A DNA stretch of 63,198 nt, filler included, from Octopus bimaculoides (Eukaryota), in the NCBI RefSeq assembly GCF_001194135.2. It is 8 parts of 8 records of this genome, joined end to end, with 100 filler letters (N's around TTAATTAATTAA, not from the genome) between each part and the next. Parts side by side here need not be neighbours in the genome. Positions count along the whole stretch, not along the records: positions 1 to 30,729 come from NC_068993.1; positions 30,830 to 33,100 come from NC_069006.1; positions 33,201 to 39,101 come from NC_068981.1; 5 more parts are not named here. One strand, 5' to 3'. Positions 24,416 to 36,995 of the stretch are shown here, piece by piece. Under the pieces are notes generated by a model. That model was given only the letters and a program-made list of their open reading frames with translations. It had not been told where the DNA came from and ran no database searches. Both the position numbers and the translations under genes were made by a program. Each line of letters starts with the position of its first letter. The first letter of the stretch is position 1.

Positions 24416-26269
24416 ATAATAATAATTAATTATTATGCTATAAAACTTATATGAAAAGAAAGGTTATAATACAATGAATATTACAACATATATGCAATTT
24501 TAACCAAGTTTAAGAAAGTTAATAGAAATTAAAAAATTGAAAAAATTGGTTTTTCTAATGTGTGGTGAGGTTACAGAATTATAGTCAAGGCACATTTACT
24601 TGACCCAGCATTTTGTTGGGTCAAGCATGTTTAGTGCTTGACCAACTATAAAATGAATGCATATGTAGATGTACATATTCTGTGTATGTAAAGAAGTGTG
24701 TATAAAATGTAAGATATTTCTATATATCTATAACTTTTTTATCTGTGGTCATTTATGCATCTGTTGTCTAACACACATCATTGTATATTACATATCCACT
24801 AACTAAATACTTCATCTTATTTTTTAAAATATTTTTGGTTATGAAAGCAACAACTTGTTTTTATCTTTTGATGTGTGTATCTATATGTACACTGCTGTAT
24901 GTGTTGCAGTTATGTACAATAAAATGTGTGTATATGTATGTGTTTCTATGAGTGTCTACTCATATAGATGTATAAATGCTATTATGGGTTTTTTTAATTA
25001 ATTTTTTCCTTGATTTTTGTTAAAATAGTATACACACTTATATTAATATATCCTCCTTTCCCCATGATAATATTATTTTAATATTTTATTTATTTATATC
25101 TTTTTATGCATACATTTGTATTTTTCTCTTGTTGTGTCAAAATACCTACAATTATTTGTAACTATTTTTAACAGTCTTTCAAATTTAGCATGTGATGTAT
25201 GTATGCATGTAAATGTGTATAAATACATGTGTATATGAAGGTTTGTGTATGAATATGTGTATGTATGTATATATATTGGAAGGTGTGGAGGTGATGTACA
25301 GGAATTATATATTAGAAAAAATAATAATCAGGTACTCAGATGTCTGGATGGTTGTATATTTACAGATTTTTATTCATATGTCACATGTTTTATAAATTAG
25401 GGCTTTAACCTAGTCTTGTAGGTTTGTCAAATTTTGATTTCACCTTGAGTGAATGTTTCTTTTTATAGTATTATTGAATGTGTAGGGGTGGAGAGAGATA
25501 TATATATAGGATAGTNNNNNNNNNNNNNNNNNNNNNNNNNNNNNNNNNNNNNNNNNNNNNNNNNNNNNNNNNNNNNNNNNNNNNNNNNNNNNNNNNNNNN
25601 NNNNNNNNNNNNNNNNNNNNNNNNNNNNNNNNNNNNNNNNNNNNNNNNNNNNNNNNNNNNNNNNNNNNNNNNNNNNNNNNNNNNNNNNNNNNNNNNNNNN
25701 NNNNNNNNNNNNNNNNNNNNNNNNNNNNNNNNNNNNNNNNNNNNNNNNNNNNNNNNNNNNNNNNNNNNNNNNNNNNNNNNNNNNNNNNNNNNNNNNNNNN
25801 NNNNNNNNNNNNNNNNNNNNNNNNNNNNNNNNNNNNNNNNNNNNNNNNTGTTTACAGCTGGTCAGTTCTTTCAATGACAAGTTTATTCTTGGCCTTTTAA
25901 AAAAAATGGCAAAACCAGGTGGCATTGTTTGGAAGAAAGTTGTTTTTCAAAAATTTTTTTTTTGGTATCATTGTCCAGTGGGAGAGAGTGTGTGGGTGTA
26001 TGTATGCATGTGTGTGTGTGTGTGTGTGTGCTTGTGTATCTGAAAGGCGTGTCAATGGAAAAGAGGAGGGAAGGAAGGAAGGAAGGAATTGTGTTTACAT
26101 CTATACAGCTGGTTAGTTTAAAAAAAGGTAGGAGAGAAATATGAGAACTTAGGTAACTGGGTTCAATTCTAGTTGGCACAAAAATGTCTCACTATCTGGG
26201 TTTCTTGCCATTTTAAGGCTCTGTTGTTCCAAAGTTGAAGAACCTAGATGGGTTGTGATTTTCATGTTT

Positions 26270-29200
26270 TCAGCCATTCAGTTTCAGTGATTATTTTGTT
26301 ATGAAGTATTTCTCTATATTTTTCTTGAAGGAGGCGTCGATTCTTGAGCATTTATAGAAAGGAAAGATCTTAAATTTTCCTTCTCCACATGCTTCTAGGT
26401 GTTCACTCAGTGGAATTTTCTATAATTCCTCCTGTTGGACATGTTGTTGGTGAATTCTGACTCATTGGCATAAAGAATTTCCAGTTTCGCCTATATAATT
26501 CTCCTTGCATGTGGGGCAGGTTATGCAGTATATTACTTTCCGCGTCTTGCAGTTCATGTCTGCATTTACTTTGAATGTGTGACCACTCTTTAAATTTTAT
26601 TTGTTTGTTTCCCTCTATATATTTGTAGATGGGGTTACTGCAGGTTCCACATCTACCATCTCCACACTCTTTTGTGAAGAATTCGGTTTTATTCTCTGAT
26701 GAGAATTTTGCTCTTGTTAGGTGTTTCTTTAAGTTTTTTCTTAGCGTTTACTGTTTTTTATGCAATATTTGTTTAGTAGGTTTCCCATTTTGGGGCTTTG
26801 TAGGATTATTGGTAGGTTTGAGTGTATAATGTGAAACATGTAAGTGATTGTAGGGTTGTGTGTGTTTATGAAAGGGATGATGTTTTCTTTGTTTTTCTAT
26901 TTTGGAGTTCTGAGTTATGTGATGTCCAGTTTCGTTACTCTTGTGATTCCGTTTTCTATTTAGGTGAGTGGGTATTTTTGTTCTAGTAGGAAGTTTTTAA
27001 GTTCCTCTAGTCTTATTTGGTGTGTCTGTGAGTCGGTCACTATGCTGCATATGCGTTTTGCCATACTATATGGAATGTTTCTTTTTATGTGGGATGGGTG
27101 GCAGGAGTAGAAATTTAAATATTGGTGTGTGACGGTTTTTTTGTAGTGGATGTCTGTTGTGATGATGGAGTTGTGTATCTTGATGTTGATGTCTAGGAAG
27201 GGAAGTTCGTTGTAGTTGGTATTTATTGTGAAGTGGTTAGATAGGTGCAGTGTGTTGAGGATGTTGTGGAATGTTCGTAGATCTTCTGATCTGTTCCAAA
27301 AGATGAAACAGTCATCGAGGTAGCATTTCCACTTTTTCTTGACGTCGTCTCTGAAGTTGTGTTCGAAGACGTTCCCTATTTCATCGTATAGTTTGTTCTC
27401 AAGGAAACCCATCACTAGGTTGGCATATGAAGGTGCGAATTTCGTACCCATAGCCATGCCCTTTATCTGTCGGTACGGCTTGTTGTTAAATGAGAATGTG
27501 TTCTCTTCAAGTATCAATTGGGTAGCTTTGGTGATAAAGTCTGTTTTGAAACGTTTATCTATGAGTTCCCTGTATTTCTCTACCCAGTATTTTATCGCTT
27601 CCAGACCCAGGGTGTGTGGTATGTTCATGTATAAGTTTGTGACATCGAAGCTTGCAAGTATGGTGTTTTCCGGAACCGTATTTGGAATATGTGTGAGGAA
27701 GTCTAGGCCATCCCTTATGTAGCTTGGTATCAGTGGGCATAAAGGTTTGAGGAGTACATCTATGAAGTGGCTTAGTTGTTGTGTTGGCGCTTGGAGCCCT
27801 GCAACTATGGGTCTCATTGTGAGGTCTGCAGGTCTTTGTATTCTTATATAATGGTTCCTCTGTTCATTTATGGTTCTCTGTATTTCCGAGCTTTTATGGA
27901 TTTTAGGTAATCCATAAAAATTGCTTTCTTTGGTTCTTGAGTTGCATAAATAGTCTTTCTCCTTGTCTGTAAAGGAGTCTTGGTATTCATTGATCAATGT
28001 TCCAATTTTTTTTAATCGTTGCTTTCTCCAGTTGTGTTGATTCCTCTTTGTAGTATGTCTGGTTATTGAGTACCTCCAGTATCTTTTCTTTGTAGTAATC
28101 TGTATCCATAATTACTATTGCTCCACCTTTGTCAGCTTCTTTTAAAATGATCGACTTGTCATTTTTTAGTATTTGGAAGGCTTGTTTTTCTCCTCTGCAG
28201 AGGTTCTGTTTGCATATTTGTGTGTTGAGAGGGAATTTGGAGATTGTCTCTATGTATGTGTCTAGGTGTTTGTGACATCTCTTGTGGCGGGGTGAAATGG
28301 GATTTTTTTCTTATGATTGAGTTATCTTCTGTTTCCTTATTTTCAAAGAATTCCATAAGGTGAAGGCGGTGGCTAAAGTTGTCTATATCAGTTTTTAGTT
28401 CTATGAGATTTGGTGTGGGTGTAGGTGTAAATTTGAGGCCTTTTAATAGTAGGTTCATTTCATTTTCGCTAAGTTCTCTTTTAGATAGGTTTATTATTTT
28501 GGGGTCTATGTGTTTCGTGTGTTCATTTGAAATTTTTGGTGTATTGGGTCTGGAGTATTGTTGAAGTATCCTTTCCCTAAAAAATGGGTTGTGTTGTTGC
28601 ATCTCCAAATTCCATTTTCAGGTTTTAGGTTTTCTTGTAGAGGCAGGGGTGGTCTATATGGCCTGTATGTGGTAGTTGTTTTCTTCCCATCTTCTGTGTT
28701 TGTTGGGCCTATTTCCATTCCTGGGGTTCAGGTTTCCTTGTGGGTAGTTAAATGGTTCATATTGTGTGTTTGTATTGTTTTGATGGTGGTGGTTGTTTTC
28801 TATCCATCTTGCAAATTTGTGGGGTCGCATGAGGTGGGTGTTTGTATGGTTTGGATTTCCTCAATTTTTATCTACTTGTCTATTGTTTCATGTGTGTATC
28901 CATTTAGGGTGTCCAGCGTTATGTGTTGGTGGTTGTTCATATTCTGTTTGTTCTCTCCAAGTGTTATAGGTTGTTGGTTGTATGTGTCTTGTTTGTCTTG
29001 CATATTTTGTGTGTCTGTTTATTGGGGGGTTTGGTAGTGTAAGGAGCGGGTTTTTGGTTTGTGTTTGGTAAGGTTTATGTGGATGTCTGGGAGTCCAATA
29101 TGTTTGTGATTTTGGTTTGTTGTATCTTTTCGTTTGTTTTGGTGGTTTTGTTTTCATAATGGATTTTTCCCCATAGTTCCTTTCATAGTTTAAGAACCAT

Positions 29201-29360
29201 TCCTGTTGTTTAGTCCACATAATTCTGGATTTTTCCTCTTCTCGTTTAGTATCCTCTTTCCATAATTGGTGTAGTTTTTCTTTGTTTTGGTTATTATTCC
29301 TTTCTGTTATTTCAGCCATTATGACAGCATCAATTGTTTTAATCATATCTTCCATATATA
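26270..29360 (-). mobile_element. Penelope-like element 2 (near-complete RT plus GIY-YIG, disrupted)
   Basis: ORFs 28888-29355, 28159-28608 (INLSKRELS..LLLKGLKFTPTP) and 26960-27997 (FYGLPKIHK, RPIV, SFDVTNLY, GMAMGTKFAPSYANL, YLDD, FLDI, HP), plus the GIY-YIG motif NYIGETG at about 26481-26500. Confidence 0.93.
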
Positions 29361-29384
29361 ATCATATATATATGTATATATATA

Positions 29385-30340
29385 TCATCATCATCATCAT
29401 CATCGTCATTTAACGTCCGCTTTCCATGCTAGCATGGGTTGGACGATTTGACTGAGGACTGGTGAAACCAGATGGCTACACCAGGCTCCAATCTGATTTG
29501 GCAGAGTTTCTACAGCTGATGCCCTTCCTAACGCCAACCACTCAGAGAGTGTAGTGGGTACTTTTACATGCCACCCGCACGAAGGCCAGTCAGGTGGTAC
29601 TGGCAATGGCCATGCTCAAAATGGTGTATTTTATGTGCCACCCGCACAAGAGCCAGTCCAGGGGCGCTGGCAACGATCTCGCTCAAAAGTCCTTACACAT
29701 GCTGCGGGCACNNNNNNNNNNNNNNNNNNNNNNNNNNNNNNNNNNNNNNNNNNNNNNNNNNNNNNNNNNNNNNNNNNNNNNNNNNNNNNNNNNNNNNNNN
29801 NNNNNNNNNNNNNNNNNNNNNNNNNNNNNNNNNNNNNNNNNNNNNNNNNNNNNNNNNNNNNNNNNNNNNNNNNNNNGAAAGGCGACACTGGGCACAGGTG
29901 CCATCACAATTTCACTTTCGCTTGCCCCAATAAGTTTTTGCAAGCTGAGTTTCGTGTCCAATGAGGGGGACGACGCTGGCATGGGTGCCAGTCGTCGGAT
30001 TTTGTTCGATATCACTTGCCTCAACAGGTCTTTGCAAGTGGAGTTTAGTGTCCAATTTAACTCGATTTCAATTTCACTTGCCTCAACAGGTCTTCGCAAG
30101 TGGAGTTTAGTGTCAAATTTAACTCGATTTCGATTTCACTTGCCTCAACAGGTCTTCGCAAGTGGAGTTTAGTGTCCATTGAAGGAAGGAAGGTACGCAT
30201 AAAGTGGACTGGCTGAGGTCTTAGATTTAGGTCTCACTTGGCTTGCCGGGCCTTCTTACGCACAGCATATTTCCAATTGGCAGAGTTTCTACAGCTGGAC
30301 GCCCTTCCTAACGCCGACCACTCAGAGAGTGTAGTGGGTG
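29385..30340 (-). mobile_element. RTE 3' UTR/tail with an internal tandem triplication
   Basis: (CAT)n plus tail motif at 29385. A 62-bp unit starts at 30013, 30075 and 30137. Confidence 0.85.
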
Positions 30341-30429
30341 TTTTTATGTGCCTCTCTCCTGTTGTTAAGACAACATATGAGGGTTCGGCAATTTCTTCCC
30401 GAACAACCACACAGATGATTTGTTTATAG

Positions 30430-30650
30430 TGATTAAATGTTTGTGTACACATAAGCTCACTCCCTCCATCAAATTGACATTATCTGTTCAGGTGCGCCAT
30501 GTGCCACATGTCAAATGACAAAATGATCACAGAGCAACATGAAATGAAGTGCTTTACTCAAAAACACAATGCAACACCTGGTCTGGGAATCAAACCTACG
30601 ATCTTGTAATTATGTGTGCAACACCCTAACCACTAAGCCATGCACCTTCA
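30430..30650 (-). mobile_element. SINE family B-like fragment
   Basis: Reverse complement of a tRNA-like head (ggcttagtggttagggtgttgcac..gtaggtttgattcccagacc). Confidence 0.6.
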
Positions 30651-30682
30651 TACACACGCACACATATATATGCATGTGTGAG

Positions 30683-30729
<47 letters not shown>

Positions 30730-30774
30730 NNNNNNNNNNNNNNNNNNNNNNNNNNNNNNNNNNNNNNNNNNNNT

Positions 30775-30786
30775 TAATTAATTAAN
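30775..30786. other. Artificial assembly linker TTAATTAATTAA embedded in N runs (also about 33145, 39146, 43321, 49232, 50751, 59604)
   Basis: An identical palindromic 12-mer with stops in all six frames, always centred in N gaps. Confidence 0.95.
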
Positions 30787-30910
30787 NNNNNNNNNNNNNN
30801 NNNNNNNNNNNNNNNNNNNNNNNNNNNNNAAATACACTTTGTAATGTTTATACCAAATGCTAAGAGGCATCTTTCAATGTCATTTCTTACATAAAAATTT
30901 ATATTCACAT

Positions 30911-30962
<52 letters not shown>

Positions 30963-31001
30963 ACACACACACATATATGCACGCAAACACACGTTTGTAT
31001 A

Positions 31002-31040
<39 letters not shown>

Positions 31041-31079
31041 CAGTGATGTTATCCTTAATTCTCTCTCTATATATGTATA

Positions 31080-31124
<45 letters not shown>

Positions 31125-32097
31125 TCACACAGAGACATAAATACATGCATGCATTTATACGGACATGTGTGTTTGTGAATTGTCACACAGACATATACAC
31201 ACACATATACATATATATGTGTATGTGTGTATGTATAAAATATATATATATATATATATGTGCGTGCATATAACTACACATGCATGCATATACACACACT
31301 CACTAACTTGCATACACACGCACTTACATATACATGTTACATGCATCCACACACATATATTTTAAATGTACATGCAACCTCTAAAAGATTAATGACCGAG
31401 AAGAACGCTGAAATACATTTGCATCAGACATCACGAACCATATACATAGGGGACATTATGTTTCGTGACAGTTTGTTCTTCAAAAGTTTTCCTAAATTTT
31501 CTCAGCCATCATTAAACTTTCTGAAAGAATGGAATGGCGGAATTTGCCAAAACTAATAGTTAGAATATCCGGTGTTTAATCCCGCTAACAATTGAGCTAT
31601 TTTATAAAGAAGAACAATATTTCAAAAACTAAAAAAAAAAGAAAAGTAATAATTAAATATTAAAAAAAAACAAAAAAAACATGAATATCTTGTATTTAGG
31701 CAAATATTCGTGGTAAAAATTTGAGAGGAATTTGTTTGAGTAAAGGGGGTTTTAAATAGAAAAAAAGGAATAAATGTTTCGTTGTAAAGGTTTGAACAAG
31801 AAATTGCTTGATTTCGCTGAGGCGGCTTTTCCAAGCTCATTGTCTCAATAGAATTAATTTGCCTCACCTGGAATTACTTTCTACAGTTAAATCATGCCAA
31901 AACGGTAAAGACTTTATTGTACAAAGACTTTCCCCCACCCAAGCATTAACATTGAAATATGAATCAATGCTATATCATTGAGGGAATTAGCAGAATTATT
32001 ATTTGAACTTTGTTGTATTTTTTTCAGCTCTCTCCGATCCGAGTTCGAATCTAGCCGAAGTCAATATTGAATTTTGTTAATATAGATTTGAAAATAT

Positions 32098-32558
32098 TCT
32101 TTTCTACTCTAGGCACAAGGCCCGAAATTTTGGGGGAGGGGGATAGTCGATTAGATCGACTCCAGTACGCAACTGGTACTTAATTTATCGACCCGAAAGA
32201 ATGAAAGACAAAGTCGACCTCGGCGGAATTTGAACTCAGAACGTAAAGACGGATGAAATATCGCTAAGCATTTCGCCCGGCATGATTACAATCCTGGCAG
32301 CTCGACGCCTTCATCAGTTATATAATTAATTTTGGTTAGGTGGCGAACTGGTAGAATCGTTAGGACGCCAAGCAAAATGCTTAGTGGTATTTCGTCTGTC
32401 ATTAGGTTCTCAGTTTAAATTCCACCGAGACCAACCTTGCGTTTCATCTTTTCGGGTTTCGATAAATTAAGTACCAGTGAAACATTGGGGTCGCTGTAAT
32501 CGACTTGTCCCCTCCCTCAAAATTTCAGGCCTTGTGCGTTTAGTTGAAAGGATTATTA
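32098..32558. mobile_element. Head-to-head pair of SINE family A copies (32098-32310 -, 32338-32558 +)
   Basis: Two full copies in opposite orientation separated by about 27 bp of AT-rich spacer. Confidence 0.85.
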
Positions 32559-32814
32559 ACTTTTTCTATTTTCGTTTCCACTTTAGCTAATTTCTTTGCT
32601 ATAGAAACTGCATTTACACATTCAAATCCTCATAATGCTGCTAAACTTCTTCTGTCCTCATTTTTTTTTGTCTGATACTAAGTTGAAATAAGTTCCTTTC
32701 TTCTACAAATTCCTTCCTTACTTATAATGTCACAAAAATTTCATCTCTCCTGACCATTCGTTGATGTTTTCTATAATTTCTAGTCCAATTTTCTTTTCTG
32801 TTTATGCATATAGT

Positions 32815-33100
32815 AGATAAGATGACGAGAGGGATGATGATGATGATTATGATGATGATGATAACGACGATGATGATTATGATGATGACGATGATGATGA
32901 GGATGATGATGACGACGATAATGACAACGAAGATGATTATAATGACAACACTGGTAATGATGATGAAGACGACGAGACGGCGGCGACGACGGTGGCGACG
33001 ACGACAATGATGATGATGATTATAAATATAAACAGTTATGATGATTATGATGTTGATGATGAGTATGATGATGGTGGTGGTGGTGGTGGTGGTGGTGGTG
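32815..33100. repeat. Degenerate (GAT/GAC)n then (GGT)n simple repeat
   Basis: Direct observation. Confidence 0.9.
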
Positions 33101-33200
33101 NNNNNNNNNNNNNNNNNNNNNNNNNNNNNNNNNNNNNNNNNNNNTTAATTAATTAANNNNNNNNNNNNNNNNNNNNNNNNNNNNNNNNNNNNNNNNNNNN

Positions 33201-33238
<38 letters not shown>

Positions 33239-33434
33239 AATATATATTTTATATATTATATATATATATATATATGAATACATAATATATATATCTATAT
33301 GTATATATATACAAATTAATAAATAAATATATATATAAATAATATAATATAATATAAATATATAATATATCATATATATATATATAATAAATCTATATGT
33401 GTATATATACATATATATGTGTGTGTGTGCGTGC

Positions 33435-33476
<42 letters not shown>

Positions 33477-33829
33477 ATATATATATGGGTAGCTAATTCG
33501 CAATTTAGAGGCAGAAATATATATATATATAGGCATCCATATAAAGCTGGCAACCCATCATAAGCTGAGAAAGATATAAAATACCCCTTATATATGACAA
33601 GCAACAAACACAAAAATAAAACCGTATATTTACATGTATGGAACTCTTTGTATAATGGCAAGTGGATTACAGTATCTGGTGATAGACAAAACATCGAGTT
33701 ATTTGGCTGATTCTTAACGTTATGAGTTCATATTTCGTCCACGACTATAATGTCTTTCAACCCCATCTGAGATCATTCAAGTAAAAATCACTGTTTAGTG
33801 AAGTCAGTGCAACAAAGTACAGTCTCGAG

Positions 33830-33944
33830 CAGGAGTTCTCAACCATTTTCCCCATGGACTGCCCCCTCCCCGATTTTATGAATCAATTGTGGAAATTTTA
33901 TACGGACCTCTATGGTCCATATAGAATCCAGTTGAGAACCCCCG
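33830..33944. mobile_element. hAT/Charlie-like MITE
   Basis: TIRs CAGGAGTTCTCAAC / GTTGAGAACCCCCG. The 8-bp flanks gtctcgag / gtctagaa (6 of 8 match) resemble the Charlie TCTAGA target. Confidence 0.7.
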
Positions 33945-34245
33945 GTCTAGAAGATGATGTACAAGAACGTCCTGAGTTCAATGACTGAAGTCAATCAATA
34001 TGTATACGTATCAGTATACGTTTGTCTAATGTTTATTCTAACTTTTCCCGACTCTCCTTTCCCGGGGGCGAAATTCTAAACAAATGATAAATGAGTCTAT
34101 CATGAATTGTTTTACGTTTCAGTTATAGCTGTAACTGTATAATTGCAGAGGAAAATGTTCAGACATTTTGAATAGACCTCTTCACCTGTGCGTCTGTTGC
34201 TGGCGATGCCTTATTCTTGCATGTTTGTTTGCATGCATCTTTCTG

Positions 34246-34312
<67 letters not shown>

Positions 34313-34417
34313 TTACACATATATAGTATGTGTGTATATATGTATGTATATAAACGAGCATAAAATGAGGAATCTTTCAAATACGGAAATAATTGATATT
34401 ACACTCTGTATGTGTGC

Positions 34418-34497
<80 letters not shown>

Positions 34498-35267
34498 AAG
34501 TTATCATTTACACATTATGTATACACACACACGCGCACACACACCTACTTGCGTTAGTGCGTATGTGTGCATGCGTGTGTTTATGTGTATGTTATTGACC
34601 TTTAGCGGTTAATAGGTCAACGTGTATCCTAACAATGCTCTGGTATATTTTTTTCACTCATTTTTCATGCTGCTGGGAATACATTGCTAACCAATTTCTG
34701 TTTCTATTTTCTGGGCGTACATATCTCCATTTTGGTTCACATTTGTGTCGGCTGTAGCCAGTATTCATCTTTACAATCCATTCTTGTTAATATATGAGAC
34801 AGGAAAATTTTAATTCACAGGAATTAGTTCTTGTGCTGTTATGAGCTTTACATCTAAACAATATTTTGTGAATTGTTACTTCTTATTTGTGTCTTACTTT
34901 AAGCATTACTTGATTATGTAAAATTAGCATCTAAACATGTTTGAAGGGGGTTTTCGTTCTAGAAAACAGATCTAGAAAAAGACAGGGTAACAAAGCGGGA
35001 AAGGTAATATAATATTTAGAGATGGCAAGACTTGATGTAATATGGATGACGTTATTGTTTAAAGAAGACATAAACAATAAAGTCGGAGTACAAGTGGATA
35101 TTTCATCATTACCTTATTAGGGCCACTTTCGATTCATGGGAATAGAATTTAGAGAATTATAGCTATTGTAGTTTCTTTGGTGGAAGATGTCCTCAAAGTT
35201 CTGCACCTCAATCTAACAAAAACCCAGTCTCAGGAAACACACTTTAATTTAGAAATATTATTAAATA

Positions 35268-36085
35268 ATCCTTTCTACTATAAGCACACAGCCTGAAATT
35301 TTGAGGCAGGGGTTAAGTCAATTACATTGCCTTTTATCAACGGAATTTGGACTCAGAACGTGCAGACAGACGAAACACGGCTAAGCATTTGGCGCGGTGT
35401 ATTAATGATTCTGCCAGCTCACCGCCTTAATATTAAATAATATTGCAGCTGTGACGGCAGCGAGCTAGCAGAATCGTTAGCACGCCGAGTAAAATGCTTA
35501 GCGGCATTTCATCCGTTTTTACGTCCTGAGTTCAAATTCTGCTGAGGTTGACTTTGCACCCCAACCTTCTATTTCGGAGTACCAGTTAAACAGTGAGGTC
35601 GATGTAATCAAGTTAGCCCCTCCCCCGAACTTGCTGGGAGGGGATTAACTGATTATGAAGAAGTATTCGGAATGAATAAAATTTACGGAATGGAATAGTG
35701 TAAAATTGCCGTTTGAAGGAAGTAAGGAAGTTTGAATACTTAAGATTGAATGATGTACAAATCAAATGGATTCAGGTGGAGACAAAAATCAGATTTGTGA
35801 ACAAAAAAATGAATGAGTAATCTTTTTTAAGGTGAGCAAATGTCTGTATAGGAAAAAATTTAGTTTTATAAATAATCATTTCTACTAAAGACACAAGGAC
35901 TGAAATTTGGTGGGAGATGACTAATCAATTACATCGACTCCAGTGTTTCACTGGTACTTTATTTATCGACTCCGAAAGGATAACAGTCGATCTCGGCAGA
36001 ATTTGAAGTCGGAACGTAAAGACAGATTGAATACTGCTACGCATGTTTGACCGGGTTGCTAACGATTCTACCGGCTTGCCGCCTT
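35268..36085. mobile_element. Three SINE family A copies in -,+,- arrangement (35268-35428, 35455-35640, 35880-36085)
   Basis: Family A head, central and tail motifs on alternating strands. Confidence 0.8.
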
Positions 36086-36139
36086 TAGCTATATGAATAA
36101 TACAAAACGTTGATAATAATTTTTACTAATGTTGCTAGA

Positions 36140-36560
36140 ATCTCGACCGCTGATATGCACTTTCGCCTTGGACCTAAACATCATGGAGATTGTGTCGTTT
36201 CTTCAATCGCTTAAACCATCCTGAACTGGCCTTGTAATCCTCTGTAAGTCGTCAGAATACTTACTCTTAAGGTCGCTGTACAATGAAAGTGCATTTTCTT
36301 GAATTATGGCGATACGCTAATGAATCTACCGTTCAAATCAAAGGCAAAGATGCTATTCCATTTCTTCGATGATTTTTTTCCTCTTGATGATTACGGCACT
36401 CTTCATCCCTGAAGCAGTAAATTGGATGTGAGTTGAAATAAGTTCCATGTCATGAATAGCTGCAAATACAGCCGTCCAACGTGAGCCATAAGCACGCGCT
36501 ATTGCTACAATCTTTCTACCTTTTTCATAGCGTTTGATCATCGTCATATTATCGCCAAAG
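36140..36560 (-). mobile_element. Tigger/pogo-type transposase remnant (psq HTH and CENP-B HTH)
   Basis: IKRYEKGRKIVAIARAYG..MKSAVIIKR..IIEEME, then IQENALSLYSDLK and SSGWFKRLKKRHNLHDV.VQGE across frameshifts. Confidence 0.7.
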
Positions 36561-36865
36561 AAATTACAATTTTCTTTGGAGGTATACTGTATGAAAAAAG
36601 AAACACACATTTATACTCAGTAGACAAAAATTAACGTTTGAATTTCTTGATACGAACTACTATGCTACCTCACAGAGGAATACTGGAACTACCCCTGAAG
36701 CCGTGTAAAAAGTGTAAACATTGTAGCTATATATAGTTTTAAAATTATTTGGGCTTCTTATTTCTTTTGCCAAATAATTTGTACATATTTTATTTCATTT
36801 TCTACTTCAGTGTTGGACCTTAGCATTTTTTTATACTATGAAATAAGTTTTCTGAGACCGATGTA

Positions 36866-36894
36866 AAGTCTAAAAAGGAGTAACTCGAAACGAC
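36866..36894 (+). ncRNA. Degenerate minimal hammerhead upstream of PLE 3
   Basis: CTAAAAA (vs CTGANGA) G GAG-TAA-CTC GAAAC GAC. Stem II and GAAAC are intact but the core is mutated. Confidence 0.45.
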
Positions 36895-36910
36895 GTAGGT
36901 TGAGGTGTGC

Positions 36911-36968
<58 letters not shown>

Positions 36969-36995
36969 GCATACATATATATAGCAAAACAAACC

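Noticed and set aside
25880-26230. gcc-ttaaaat-ggc-aa(g)aaacc motifs near the PLE 2 3' end as decayed hammerheads
   Set aside because: No CTGANGA core is recognisable; too degenerate to call.
29594-30180. Regularly spaced repeats as a CRISPR-like array
   Set aside because: They are contiguous tandem units with no unique spacers, in a eukaryotic LINE UTR.
30774-34612. ORFs rich in YI/CV/HT/M repeats (also 36820-37207, 40151-40429, 62276-62689)
   Set aside because: They are translations of microsatellites.
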